Source: an uncultured Planctomycetales bacterium
GTDB taxonomy: Bacteria > Omnitrophota > Gorgyraeia > Zapsychrales > JBDRMG01
Assembly: GCA_964478715.1 (NCBI GenBank)
Contig: CAYZIY010000007.1
Span: forward strand, 20,220 to 84,219
Reading direction: 5' to 3'
Length of the DNA stretch: 64,000 nucleotides
Shown: positions 21,720-31,066 of the stretch, in pieces
Layout: every line of letters starts with the position of its first letter
Position numbering within the stretch: the first letter of the stretch is position 1
Position numbers and translations under genes: made by a program
The notes under the pieces: model-generated
What the model was told of the DNA's origin: nothing
The model's database searches: none
The model's input: only the letters and a program-made list of their open reading frames with translations

Positions 21720-22515
21720 TCATAACGATGGTAGGGTTGATATAGCGGTCCGCTAGTGTGATTCTTTTAAATCAACTCTGGCGCATAAACGGAAGTCAAA
21801 ATTAATGCCGAGCCCTTCCTTGCTTTACTGACACGATTTTCAAATAAAAAAGAAGTTGTCTTGCGTCTTCTTTCGGTTGACGCGCTAGTTAAAAACTATT
21901 GGCTTTTTGCTCAAGAATGATCACGCCTTGATTTCAGGCCCAGCCGGGCCGACTGGTAAACTGGTTGAACTGTGCTGTAATCTCGAAGTGTTTTTATAGA
22001 AAACTATTAAAACGATTGTTGGGCATATCAATGAAAATAAATGATACCAAGTATGCAGACAACGCCTTCGATATGGTTGTATGCGTGAAACACTTCAGGG
22101 CGAAACAGTAAAAAACAGGTCACAGCGATACCCCCCCATGATGGGGAGCCTCCCCAAAGACAGGCTGGCATAAATAAGAATCCTCGCAGCCAAAACCAGC
22201 AATAAATATCCGGACAAAGCGCTTTGAATGCTTACGCCTAAAACTTTAAAAATCAGAGCATAATAGTAAGGCATAAAAGGTCTATAGTGCCACCAGAAAT
22301 AGCAGTAAGGTAAGGTGCCTTTACATGCTTTCTTGAATGCGTACAAATCCCGGCCATGGTCACCAGCGGCAAGGAAATATTGGAAATTGTAAAATGGCCA
22401 CAGGGTAAAGGCACCAAGACGCCCTAAGAGTCTCCAGCCAAAATATTTTTTATACTTAGACGTAAATAAAGATGAATGCCAGATTTAATTAGTTTAATTC
22501 TAAAAGAGTTTTCAT
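21720..22515 (-). pseudogene. Decayed GT-C/ArnT-like membrane glycosyltransferase fragment
   Basis: QYFLAAGDHGRDLYAF...PYCYFWWHYRPFMPYYYALIFKVLGVSI resembles the GT-C N-terminal loop; stops and frameshifts on both sides; boundaries approximate. Confidence 0.6.
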
Positions 22516-22587
22516 GAAGCGGCAAATACCTTTCCTCTTTTCAATAAGTGGGGGTGGGTATCAGGACATAAATTATAGAAAAATAAT

Positions 22588-22628
22588 TTGACATTGTATA
22601 GATTATAATATATAAGTATATACGTATA
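22588..22628 (+). promoter_or_regulatory. Promoter with overlapping putative ArsR operator
   Basis: TTGACA-17 nt-TATAAG; near-palindrome TATAAGTATATACGTATA at 22611-22628. Confidence 0.55.
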
Positions 22629-22640
22629 AAGGAATAATGC

Positions 22641-22997
22641 ATGAACAAAAAAATGACCATGAATATTAAATTCTTAAGACAAATATTAAAAACGCTTGGA
22701 GACGACACAAGGCTAAGGATTCTTTATCTTCTTTCTCAAAAAGAAATCAGTGTCAAAGATATCTGTAAAAAGCTTCATGTCTCACAGCCAACTATTTCAA
22801 AGCATTTGATGCGTTTGCGTATGATGCGTATGGTCACCGATCGAAGATGCGGCAATCAGGTTAATTACAGAATTGAATATGACAGCGAGCAGGGGCAATT
22901 GATTCATTTGGTGATCCAAGAGGGCCGCAGGCTGGGCGTTTTCTCAAAAAAGACGGAAGCAGAAAAAGGTCATAAAGTCTCAGCGGGAAGGAGGTGA
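22641..22997 (+). CDS. ArsR/SmtB family transcriptional regulator
   Basis: KTLGDDTRLRIL, SQPTISKHL..L, RRCGNQVNY. Confidence 0.92.
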   Translation: MNKKMTMNIKFLRQILKTLGDDTRLRILYLLSQKEISVKDICKKLHVSQPTISKHLMRLRMMRMVTDRRCGNQVNYRIEYDSEQGQLIHLVIQEGRRLGVFSKKTEAEKGHKVSAGRR

Positions 22998-23004
22998 TGT
23001 AGAC

Positions 23005-23364
23005 ATGATTAGTAGAAGTGCAACGATATTATTAATATTGTCTTTAGTCTTTGCGGGAGGCGGGGTTTGGGCGCAAGAGAATGAGCAAGCAATGAAAATC
23101 AATTTTTCATACGGCAGGGTTGTAAGAATTTTGGATGATCAGATTGTGGTGAATGAATATGATGAAATGGGAGAAAAAGAGATTGAAGTTATTTATGTCA
23201 TCAACGATCAGACTGCTCTTGAGAACGCAAATTCTATCACAGACCTAATTGAGGGAGATTATATTGATATTGATTATCGTATTATTGATGGACAAAATAT
23301 AGCTTTGTTGATAGTCGGAGATACTTATGATGAAGAAGAATTCGAATTCTGGGGCAATGAATGA
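23005..23364 (+). CDS. Exported acidic small beta-barrel (OB-like) hypothetical protein
   Basis: Signal peptide ending VWA; YGRVV...INDQT...DLIEGDYIDIDY pattern. Confidence 0.65.
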   Translation: MISRSATILLILSLVFAGGGVWAQENEQAMKINFSYGRVVRILDDQIVVNEYDEMGEKEIEVIYVINDQTALENANSITDLIEGDYIDIDYRIIDGQNIALLIVGDTYDEEEFEFWGNE

Positions 23365-23429
23365 CAATAGACAAGTGTCTTAGGGCGTCTATTCTCTGGG
23401 ACATTCAGTCATACTGAAAGGATGAAGAA

Positions 23430-23705
23430 ATGAGAAGATTAGGCGTTATTGTATTGATTATTCTACTTATGAGTTCCACAATGGCTTCGGCGGCGCTTCG
23501 CAGTGATCGAATCGCGGTGCGTGGGGAAATCGTGTCGACCGATACTTACAGGGGCACAGTAACGGTTAAGGTTGGTGATGAAAGAATGACATTCCAGGTT
23601 TTAAAAGGGGTGAGCCCTTCTTTGAGCCAGGGAGATCGCGTTCTAGTTATCTACAAGAAGGGGACGACACAAGCAACAATGGTCAGAAAAACAAAGGTCA
23701 GATAA
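23430..23705 (+). CDS. Exported basic small beta-barrel (OB-like) hypothetical protein
   Basis: Signal peptide ending ASA; RGEIVSTD...VTVK...LSQGDRVLVIY. Confidence 0.65.
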   Translation: MRRLGVIVLIILLMSSTMASAALRSDRIAVRGEIVSTDTYRGTVTVKVGDERMTFQVLKGVSPSLSQGDRVLVIYKKGTTQATMVRKTKVR

Positions 23706-23730
23706 CAGGACCTATTGAATTTTGGAAAAG

Positions 23731-23787
23731 AGGCTCAAGAAGCGGCCGTCAGTCGAATGATTGTTTTCAAGGCCGCTTCTTGAGCCT
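23731..23787. terminator. 17-bp perfect inverted repeat, probable terminator
   Basis: AGGCTCAAGAAGCGGCC / GGCCGCTTCTTGAGCCT with a 23-nt loop. Confidence 0.65.
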
Positions 23788-23868
23788 ATTCTGTTAAATA
23801 AAACCTTTGACTGTCTTTCTTGATATGATATAAATACTAGCATTAACTCCAATTAAAAAATAACAATT

Positions 23869-24522
23869 ATGCAAAAATTTCATTTTACTGATTGCATTGA
23901 AATCAAAGAGCTTTTGGGGAAGAAAGCAGAAAACGAAAAACAGCTTCTCGATTATATTGAAGAAGTTCCGGCGGATTCGATTTATTTTCATACGCACAGT
24001 TATTTCTTAAGACATTTCTATATTGCCGGACCTTATCCCAATGATTTTGCCAATTGGGCTGCCATTCAGTTGCGCGACAAAGTTCTGGGGGAAAAGCTTT
24101 CGGCTATTACTCCTAAGGCCAGTTACAGTATTGAATCAATCCGCAATGAATTGATCGAAGTGATCGACGATCATCTGTCCTCTTATCAAGTTGCCCCCGC
24201 TTTGCAGTACGGTCAGCCTTTTTATTTTATGAAATCCAAGATTATCGAAGTGCCTACTCATTTAAAGGCGGAGAATCTTAACGAGTTCAGAGAGGCTTTG
24301 AAAATTGTTGACGCTAGCGCGATCTATAATCATATTTTTGAATCGCGAATGCGTATACGCAAAGGCAAAAGCGATTTTTCTATTTGGCTGGACCAGTCAC
24401 TGGGATTAAAAGAATTATCCGATAAAATCGAAGGGATTGATTGTTATATGTATTCTCTCGAAGACCTGCGGGAAAGAATCCTTCATTTATGCGATCAGCA
24501 ACTGAAAAGGATCCAGTTATGA
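23869..24522 (+). CDS. DUF5752-family protein (TreT-associated, internally duplicated)
   Basis: Two repeats, SIYFH...NDFANW and AIYNH...SDFSIW; overlaps the treT start. Confidence 0.75.
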   Translation: MQKFHFTDCIEIKELLGKKAENEKQLLDYIEEVPADSIYFHTHSYFLRHFYIAGPYPNDFANWAAIQLRDKVLGEKLSAITPKASYSIESIRNELIEVIDDHLSSYQVAPALQYGQPFYFMKSKIIEVPTHLKAENLNEFREALKIVDASAIYNHIFESRMRIRKGKSDFSIWLDQSLGLKELSDKIEGIDCYMYSLEDLRERILHLCDQQLKRIQL

Positions 24523-25730
24523 ACCGCCATTCAGTGACGATAGAATCCTATCGCGAGATTGCCCCTCCGGGTATTGTTGATTTGGCCTATCGCTTGGCCG
24601 AAAAACTCAAAGGCCGTTCTTTTCTTCATGTCAATTCAACGCGTTACGGCGGTGGCGTGGCCGAAATGCTTCATCGCTTGCTTCCTCTTTTTGAGAACCT
24701 CGGATTAAATGTTCGCTGGGAAGTGATCGAAGGTTATCCGGAATTCTATCAGGTCACCAAAAGTTTTCATAATGCTCTCCAGGGACAGTTGCAAATCATC
24801 ACGGATGAAATGTACGATGCTTATGTGAAATGTAATCGAAAAAACGCCAGGTCGTTGGATCTTAAGGCCGATATGGTTGTCATTCATGATCCCCAACCCG
24901 CCGCCATGATTCCTAAAAACCGACGTTCCTCCAAATGGGTATGGCGTTGTCATATAGATGCATCTAGACCCCAGCGTAAAGTTTGGAATTTTTTAAGAAA
25001 TTACGTCTCTCTTTATGATGGAGCCATATTTTCACTACCGGATTTTGCCCAGAAGCTGAGTATCCCCCAGTTTTTGATTTATCCGTCCATTGATCCTCTG
25101 GCCGATAAAAACCGAGATCTCTCGAATAAAGAAATCGATACCGTGATAAAAAAATATGATTTGCCAACGGATAAGCCAATGATTTTACAAGTATCCCGTT
25201 TTGATCGTTTTAAAGATCCTATCGGAGTGATTCAGGCTTATCAGATGGTCAAGAAACACAATGACTGTTGCCTCGTATTGGCTGGGGGCGGAGCTGCTGA
25301 CGATCCTGAGGGGCTCCAGGTCCTCAATGAGGTTAAGGACGTGGCTAGCCACGATTCGGATCTTTATATTTTAGATCTTCCGCCGGATTCCAATATAGAA
25401 ATCAATGCTCTGCAAAGAGCGGCTGCCGTGGTTTTGCAAAAATCTATTAAAGAAGGATTCGGTTTGACCGTGGCTGAAGCGATGTGGAAGGCCAAGCCGG
25501 TGATCGGTGGATTTGTGGGTGGGATTACTGTCCAGGTTGTTTATGGACAAACAGGTTATACCGTTCACTCCATTGAAGGGTGTGCTCACCGAATCCGTTA
25601 TTTTCTTAATAATCCGCTTATTGCCCAAGAAATGGGCCAGAGAGCTAAAGAATATACCCGAAGAAATTTCTTGATCACCCGTCATGTTTGCGACTACCTA
25701 GCCTTGATGACATCTCTGTTGAAGCTTTAA
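24519..25730 (+). CDS. treT: Trehalose synthase TreT-type GT4 glycosyltransferase
   Basis: HVNSTRYGGGVAE, HDPQP, WRCHID, QVSRFDRFKDP, EGFGLTVAEAMWK. Confidence 0.9.
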   Translation: MNRHSVTIESYREIAPPGIVDLAYRLAEKLKGRSFLHVNSTRYGGGVAEMLHRLLPLFENLGLNVRWEVIEGYPEFYQVTKSFHNALQGQLQIITDEMYDAYVKCNRKNARSLDLKADMVVIHDPQPAAMIPKNRRSSKWVWRCHIDASRPQRKVWNFLRNYVSLYDGAIFSLPDFAQKLSIPQFLIYPSIDPLADKNRDLSNKEIDTVIKKYDLPTDKPMILQVSRFDRFKDPIGVIQAYQMVKKHNDCCLVLAGGGAADDPEGLQVLNEVKDVASHDSDLYILDLPPDSNIEINALQRAAAVVLQKSIKEGFGLTVAEAMWKAKPVIGGFVGGITVQVVYGQTGYTVHSIEGCAHRIRYFLNNPLIAQEMGQRAKEYTRRNFLITRHVCDYLALMTSLLKL

Positions 25731-25837
25731 TTTGCTCAATTTTGGCTCAATTTTGGCCTTTTCATTTCTCCTGCCTTTTTGCACGAATTGTGTTAAAATA
25801 GCCCGCAATAAAAACACATTAGCGAGAGGGTTGTTAA

Positions 25838-26161
25838 ATGCCAATTTCCATTGACGAATTTAAGAAATTAGAACTCAAAATAGGCCAAATTAAGGAAGCT
25901 TCCGATCATCCCAACGCCGACAAGCTGTATCTTCTGAAGGTCGATATCGGCGGGGAGATTAGGCAGCTGGTGGCTGGAATCAGAAATTCGTACACAAAAG
26001 AGTCCCTGATAGGAAAATATGTAGCCGTTGTTTCTAATCTTCAGCCGGCAACGATCCGGGGAGAAGAGTCTCAGGGAATGGTGTTGGCTGCATCCGATAA
26101 GAAAGGCATTGCCTTACTTTCTCCAGATCGGGAAGTGGTCCCGGGAAGCGGGATTCGTTAA
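25838..26161 (+). CDS. Stand-alone tRNA-binding OB-fold protein (MetRS C-terminal / Trbp111-like)
   Basis: HPNADKLYLL, RQLVAGI, NLQPATIRGEESQGMVLAA. Confidence 0.9.
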   Translation: MPISIDEFKKLELKIGQIKEASDHPNADKLYLLKVDIGGEIRQLVAGIRNSYTKESLIGKYVAVVSNLQPATIRGEESQGMVLAASDKKGIALLSPDREVVPGSGIR

Positions 26162-26163
26162 TT

Positions 26164-26580
26164 ATGACAGTCAAAACCCAATATCTTCATTTTTCTTCTC
26201 AGGGTCATACGGATATTATTGATTTGACGCGCAAGGTTATCCAGGAACTTGAGACAACCCGATTACAAAACGGCATAGTGACTATGAATGTGGGCGGCTC
26301 TACCGCGGCCTTGACGACTTGCGAATATGAATCCGGATTAATCCAGGATCTCAAAGAACTTTTTGCCCGCCTGATTCCTCCCGGCAATTATCATCATGAC
26401 CGGGCCTGGGGTGATGGTAACGGACATTCGCATTTGCGCGCTTCACTGATAGGGCCGTCTTTGAGTATTCCCTTTTCGAAGGGAGAGCTGGTCTTGGGGA
26501 CCTGGCAGCAGATTATTTTTATCGATTTTGATAACCGAGCCCGTCGGCGAAAAGTTATTCTGCAGTTTTTGGGAGAATAG
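26164..26580 (+). CDS. YjbQ / UPF0047 family protein
   Basis: YHHD...DGNGHSHLRASL, LGTWQQI.F.DFD. Confidence 0.9.
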   Translation: MTVKTQYLHFSSQGHTDIIDLTRKVIQELETTRLQNGIVTMNVGGSTAALTTCEYESGLIQDLKELFARLIPPGNYHHDRAWGDGNGHSHLRASLIGPSLSIPFSKGELVLGTWQQIIFIDFDNRARRRKVILQFLGE

Positions 26581-26582
26581 GA

Positions 26583-27068
26583 ATGTTGAAAAATCTCAAA
26601 TCCTTTGTTTCTGAAACCTTTTGTTTGCAGTGCGAAGGATGCTGTCGCTTTGATCAGAAAGACAGTGTCTGGCGTCCTCGTATCAGTGATTCAGAGAAAG
26701 AGACTTTTGCTTCTGCAATGGATGAAAATGGATTCTTGATGACGAACAAATCGGATGATCACTATATTTGCCAGTTTTTTGATCCGGCCAGTCACCGCTG
26801 CCATATCTATCAAACGCGACCGTTTGAATGTCGTCTTTATCCGTTTATGATCACAAAGAGCAGTGATTTTCTTCATTTGCTGGCGCATCGGCACTGTGCT
26901 TTTATCCTGCAGACAGAGAAAACGGACGAATTTGTTTCCTATATTGAATATTTAAGAGAACTTTTTTCTCAACAAGCCGTACGAAGATGGCTTGCGCAAT
27001 ATCAACCTTACGCTTTGGATTATTCCCGCTTTCATGAGGAATTTGCTTATCTTTTCCAGCTCACCTAA
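26583..27068 (+). CDS. YkgJ-family cysteine-cluster protein
   Basis: CLQCEGCC, CQFF...CHIYQTRPFECRLYPF. Confidence 0.88.
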   Translation: MLKNLKSFVSETFCLQCEGCCRFDQKDSVWRPRISDSEKETFASAMDENGFLMTNKSDDHYICQFFDPASHRCHIYQTRPFECRLYPFMITKSSDFLHLLAHRHCAFILQTEKTDEFVSYIEYLRELFSQQAVRRWLAQYQPYALDYSRFHEEFAYLFQLT

Positions 27069-27071
27069 AGG

Positions 27072-27968
27072 ATGGTTAAGGTGTCGTTTTTATTTCATAA
27101 AGAAAAAATTGAATTCTATTTGAAAAAAACAGATCGTTATTGTTCCGCTTTCTCCTTTGTTAGCTTATTTGCCTGGGATGATTATTTTGATTATGATTGT
27201 CAAGTTCATGACGATCAGTTGTGTATTTTTGCCGAAAATAATGTGGGAACGTTTTTGGTTCTGCCGCCTTTGGGAAAAACGCTTAATCGAGAAGTCATAG
27301 ATTTCTGTTTTAAGCAGATGCAGTATAAAAACAAAAACGGTGGAATTTCACGCATCGAAAACATCACTGAGTCTCTTTTGCCTTTCTATAGGGCAAACAA
27401 ATATTGTTTGTATGAAAAATCTAAGGAATATATCTATCGACGGGAAGATATTGCCGAGCTTAAAGGCGCGCGCTTTAAAAACAGACGCCATCAGCTGAAT
27501 CAGTTTCAAAGTCATTTCCGGGGTCGTTTTGTTCCTTATGAGTCCAGTATGCTGGATGACTGTGGCAGGCTCTATTCCCGTTGGTCCAAACAGCGCCTGA
27601 CTAAAAACCAGGATTCTGTTTACGCGCAGATGATTAAAGACAATGAGAGCGTTCATCAAAAACTTCTTCGTTTTCATAGGGAACTGGGACTGATTGGGCG
27701 CGTGGTGGAAATTGACGAGAGTCTCTGCGGTTACAGCTTTGGATACGCTTTAAACGAAACAACATTTTGTATTGTATTGGAGATTGCGGATCTTGAGGTC
27801 AAAGGATTACCGGCTTATATCTTTAATCAATTCTGCCGGGATGATGAAGTCAAAAATTATCTCTGGATCAATGCCATGGATGACTTTGAGATGGAACAAT
27901 TGCAAAGGACGAAACTATCCTATCGGCCAACCTCAACACCGGGGATGTATGTAGCCAGCCAGAACTAG
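27072..27968 (+). CDS. DUF2156 / aminoacyl-transferase (LPG synthase C-terminal-like) domain protein
   Basis: EYIY...IAELKG.RFKNRR, EIAD...GL, WINAMDD...LQRTKLSYRP. Confidence 0.8.
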   Translation: MVKVSFLFHKEKIEFYLKKTDRYCSAFSFVSLFAWDDYFDYDCQVHDDQLCIFAENNVGTFLVLPPLGKTLNREVIDFCFKQMQYKNKNGGISRIENITESLLPFYRANKYCLYEKSKEYIYRREDIAELKGARFKNRRHQLNQFQSHFRGRFVPYESSMLDDCGRLYSRWSKQRLTKNQDSVYAQMIKDNESVHQKLLRFHRELGLIGRVVEIDESLCGYSFGYALNETTFCIVLEIADLEVKGLPAYIFNQFCRDDEVKNYLWINAMDDFEMEQLQRTKLSYRPTSTPGMYVASQN

Positions 27969-27972
27969 AGCC

Positions 27973-28791
27973 ATGCAGGAATTATTTACAAATCGGTATA
28001 TCATTTTTGATGTCGAGACGACGGGATTATCCCCGGCTTATGGAGATCGAGTCGTTGAAATTGCCGCTGTGAAACTTCAAGATATGAAGATTGTTGATCA
28101 GTTTCATGCACTGGTTAATCCTGAGCGCGAAATTTCCTTTCGGGCCTACCTCGTTAACGGCATTACCCCGGAAATGGTTCAGGATGCCTTGAAGGCGGAG
28201 GATGTCTTTCCTTCATTTTTGCAGTTTATCGGCTCTTCCACTTTGGTGGGGCACAATGTCAAATTCGATACAGCTTTTCTAAGCAATGAGTTGGCATTAA
28301 TCGGCGAGAGACAAAAAAGGAAGTGGAAAACGGTTGATACGCTTCGTATGGCCAGGGGGCTTCGGCCCGGTCTTTCCAGTTATTCTTTATTATCAGTCGC
28401 CCAAAGTTTTCAGATTAAGAAAAACCAGGAGCATAGAGCTCTCTCCGATGTTTATCTTACATATGATATTTTCTGCCGATTGATGGAGTTAGCCGCAGAA
28501 AAAGCTTTGAACGAGGATCACCTTTTAGTGCGCTTGTTTGGTCAGGGAGAAACAAGCCGTCGCGAAGAAGAGAGGCAGAAGATTTCTTTGATCCGCGAAG
28601 CCATTGAACAAAAGAGAGAAGTACGCCTCGCTTACTTTAGCGCCGCAAGAATTTCTTTAACAGAGCGAAGAGTGCTGCCTCAAAAAATTGTCAAAGAGAG
28701 AAGCATAACCAAACTGGTCGGTTTTTGTCACTTGCGTAGAGAGCAAAGGGATTTTCGTCTTGATCGAATCATGCAATTACAAAAAATATAA
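27973..28791 (+). CDS. DEDDh 3'-5' exonuclease (DnaQ-like) fused to a C-terminal WYL domain
   Basis: FDVETTG, GHNVKFD, HRALSD; C-terminal LAY...TERRVLP...LVGFCHLRREQRDFRLDRI. Confidence 0.9.
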   Translation: MQELFTNRYIIFDVETTGLSPAYGDRVVEIAAVKLQDMKIVDQFHALVNPEREISFRAYLVNGITPEMVQDALKAEDVFPSFLQFIGSSTLVGHNVKFDTAFLSNELALIGERQKRKWKTVDTLRMARGLRPGLSSYSLLSVAQSFQIKKNQEHRALSDVYLTYDIFCRLMELAAEKALNEDHLLVRLFGQGETSRREEERQKISLIREAIEQKREVRLAYFSAARISLTERRVLPQKIVKERSITKLVGFCHLRREQRDFRLDRIMQLQKI

Positions 28792-30169
28792 GGTTGATGC
28801 GGATGCTTTTGATATCTTTTCTCTGTTTTGTAATCGACCTTATTGTTTTTTTCTTGATAGCAGCTTAAAAAACGTTTCCAGCAGTCGGTATTCCTTTATC
28901 GGTTTTGATCCTTTCGACGTTTTCGAAGCCAAAGATGCCAAGGAGCTTTGCTCCTTACGCCGGAAGTTCAATAAATATCAGCTTCCTCGTCAATATTGGC
29001 CTACTCCTTTTCCTGCCGGACTGATGGGTTTTTTCAGCTATGATTTTGGTTTGACCTTTGAACGGTTGAAAAGAAGTATTCCCTCTGAATTAAATGGATC
29101 CGAATGCCTGTTTGGTTTTTATGATACGGTTATCACGATAGATCATCAAAGAAAGACGTTAATTATCACATCAACCGGATTGCCGGAAACAAACACTTCG
29201 ATGAGAGAAAAACGAAGCCGACAGAGACTTAAGATGATCGAAAAACGTCTTTCTCAATTACGTCCAAAAAAAGAATGGGAAGGTAGTCCTTTCGATTCCG
29301 ATGATCTTCGCATAAACACAGAGCGGATGATATCCAATTTTACCAAAGGGGATTATCTTCAAGCTGTTCAAAAAGCCCGGGATTACATCGAGCAGGGAGA
29401 TATTTATCAGGTCAACTTATCTCAAAAATTCCAATGTCCTTTTGTAAATGATTTCTCTAATTCGCTTGCGGGTCTCTATCAAAGATTGCGCGAACTTTCT
29501 CCATCAAGTTTCGGGGCTTATTTTGATGCCCAATCTTTGCGAATATTGTGCACATCACCGGAAGAGTTCGTTAAGATTAACGGCCAGAAAATTTGGACTC
29601 GTCCCATGAAAGGAACACGTCCGCGCGGGTCAGATGCCCAAAAGGATAATCTATTGCGCAAAGAATTGCTGGCAAGTTCCAAAGAACGGGCCGAGCTGAT
29701 GATGATCACCGATATGTTACGAAATGACTTAGGGCGGATCTGCCGTTTTGGAAGTGTCAATGTCCGTCAATTGAGAACTTTGGAAGCTTATGCAACAGTG
29801 TTTCAAACAACCTCATGGATCGAGGGAATCCTTGACAGAAATAGGGATGTTTTTGATGTTTGGGAGGCCCTTTTGCCAGGGGGATCCATTACCGGTTGTC
29901 CTAAAATTCGCGCCATGGAGATTATCGAAGAGCTGGAGCCCAGCCGTCGGTCGCTTTATACCGGCACGCTGGGTTATTTGAGTTTTACCGGTAATGTAAA
30001 CTTCAATATTTTGATCCGGACAGCCTTGGCCCGGAGAAATACGTTAAGCTTTCAGGTCGGAGGCGGTATTGTCGCCGACAGCGACCCCGAAAGAGAATAT
30101 GCCGAAACTTTGGTCAAGGCTAAGGCGATGATTCAGGCGATGAACAAACGAGCTTTAACTGCAGGATGA
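28760..30169 (+). CDS. pabB: Aminodeoxychorismate synthase component I
   Basis: GDIYQVNLS, PMKGT, KERAELMMITDMLRNDL, PGGSITGCPKIRAM; next to a class IV aminotransferase. Confidence 0.88.
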   Translation: MIESCNYKKYKVDADAFDIFSLFCNRPYCFFLDSSLKNVSSSRYSFIGFDPFDVFEAKDAKELCSLRRKFNKYQLPRQYWPTPFPAGLMGFFSYDFGLTFERLKRSIPSELNGSECLFGFYDTVITIDHQRKTLIITSTGLPETNTSMREKRSRQRLKMIEKRLSQLRPKKEWEGSPFDSDDLRINTERMISNFTKGDYLQAVQKARDYIEQGDIYQVNLSQKFQCPFVNDFSNSLAGLYQRLRELSPSSFGAYFDAQSLRILCTSPEEFVKINGQKIWTRPMKGTRPRGSDAQKDNLLRKELLASSKERAELMMITDMLRNDLGRICRFGSVNVRQLRTLEAYATVFQTTSWIEGILDRNRDVFDVWEALLPGGSITGCPKIRAMEIIEELEPSRRSLYTGTLGYLSFTGNVNFNILIRTALARRNTLSFQVGGGIVADSDPEREYAETLVKAKAMIQAMNKRALTAG

Positions 30170-30176
30170 TCTATCG

Positions 30177-31001
30177 ATGAAATGCGCTTTTATCATTATT
30201 GACGATCGGGTAATGCCCCCAAATCCAAGAATTTTGCGCGATTATTCCCCCGGTTACTTGCTCGGTAATGGTTTGTTTGAAACCTTGCGGCTAAGAAAGG
30301 GGTATCCTGTTGATTTCAAGGCGCATTTAACGCGCATGAAAAAAGGAATTTCCGTATTGAATCTTTCTCCTCCTTTTTCGTTTAAAAAAGTTGAAAGATC
30401 TGTTTTAGAAGCGATTGAAAAAAGCGGTATCGATAACGGTCGCTTACGTTTTAGCATTTGGAAAAGATACGGGAAAATCCATACGAGCACGGTCATCCAG
30501 CGCCAGGGGGTGCGTTTAAAGAGTGATTCGTCAAAAGCGTACAGGGCGTGTTGGGCTCATCTAATTATCAATGAGGCATCACCGACAATCGGTATTAAAT
30601 CATTTGACTACAGATTATTTCTTAGGGCTCGCCGTTATGCAGAGCGAAGAGGATACGAGGAGGCGCTTTTGTGCAATCGCAAAAATTGTATCGTCGAAGG
30701 ATCTCACTCCAATATTTTTTGGATCAAGAGGGGTTGTCTGCATACTCCCGACCTGAAGACCGGCTGTCTGCCCGGCATTACCAGGGCCAGGGTGATGCGG
30801 ATTGCTAAACAGCTCGGCCTTAAGATTCGCCGAACCCAAAGCCGCAGGAAAGAGCTTTTTGATTGTCAGGAGGTTTTTCTGACAAATAGCCTGTTTGGAA
30901 TCATGCCCCTGGTATCTCTGGAAAGAATCAAAATTGCCGACGGCAGACCTGGGCAATTGACAAAGCAATTACGCGTAAAATTAGAAAAAGAGATTGGGTA
31001 A
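30177..31001 (+). CDS. pabC: Class IV PLP enzyme, probable aminodeoxychorismate lyase
   Basis: GLFET, IKS, EGSHSNIF, LPGITR, FLTNS; follows pabB. Confidence 0.75.
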   Translation: MKCAFIIIDDRVMPPNPRILRDYSPGYLLGNGLFETLRLRKGYPVDFKAHLTRMKKGISVLNLSPPFSFKKVERSVLEAIEKSGIDNGRLRFSIWKRYGKIHTSTVIQRQGVRLKSDSSKAYRACWAHLIINEASPTIGIKSFDYRLFLRARRYAERRGYEEALLCNRKNCIVEGSHSNIFWIKRGCLHTPDLKTGCLPGITRARVMRIAKQLGLKIRRTQSRRKELFDCQEVFLTNSLFGIMPLVSLERIKIADGRPGQLTKQLRVKLEKEIG

Positions 31002-31066
31002 TTTCTTAAAAAAATATAAGTTTTTAGTTTGCTTGTCTTTTGTTTGATCGGTATAATAAAAGAAAA

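Noticed and set aside
28760-31001. Absence of pabA next to pabB/pabC
   Set aside because: The amidotransferase is often shared with trpG elsewhere in the genome; it cannot be judged from this window.
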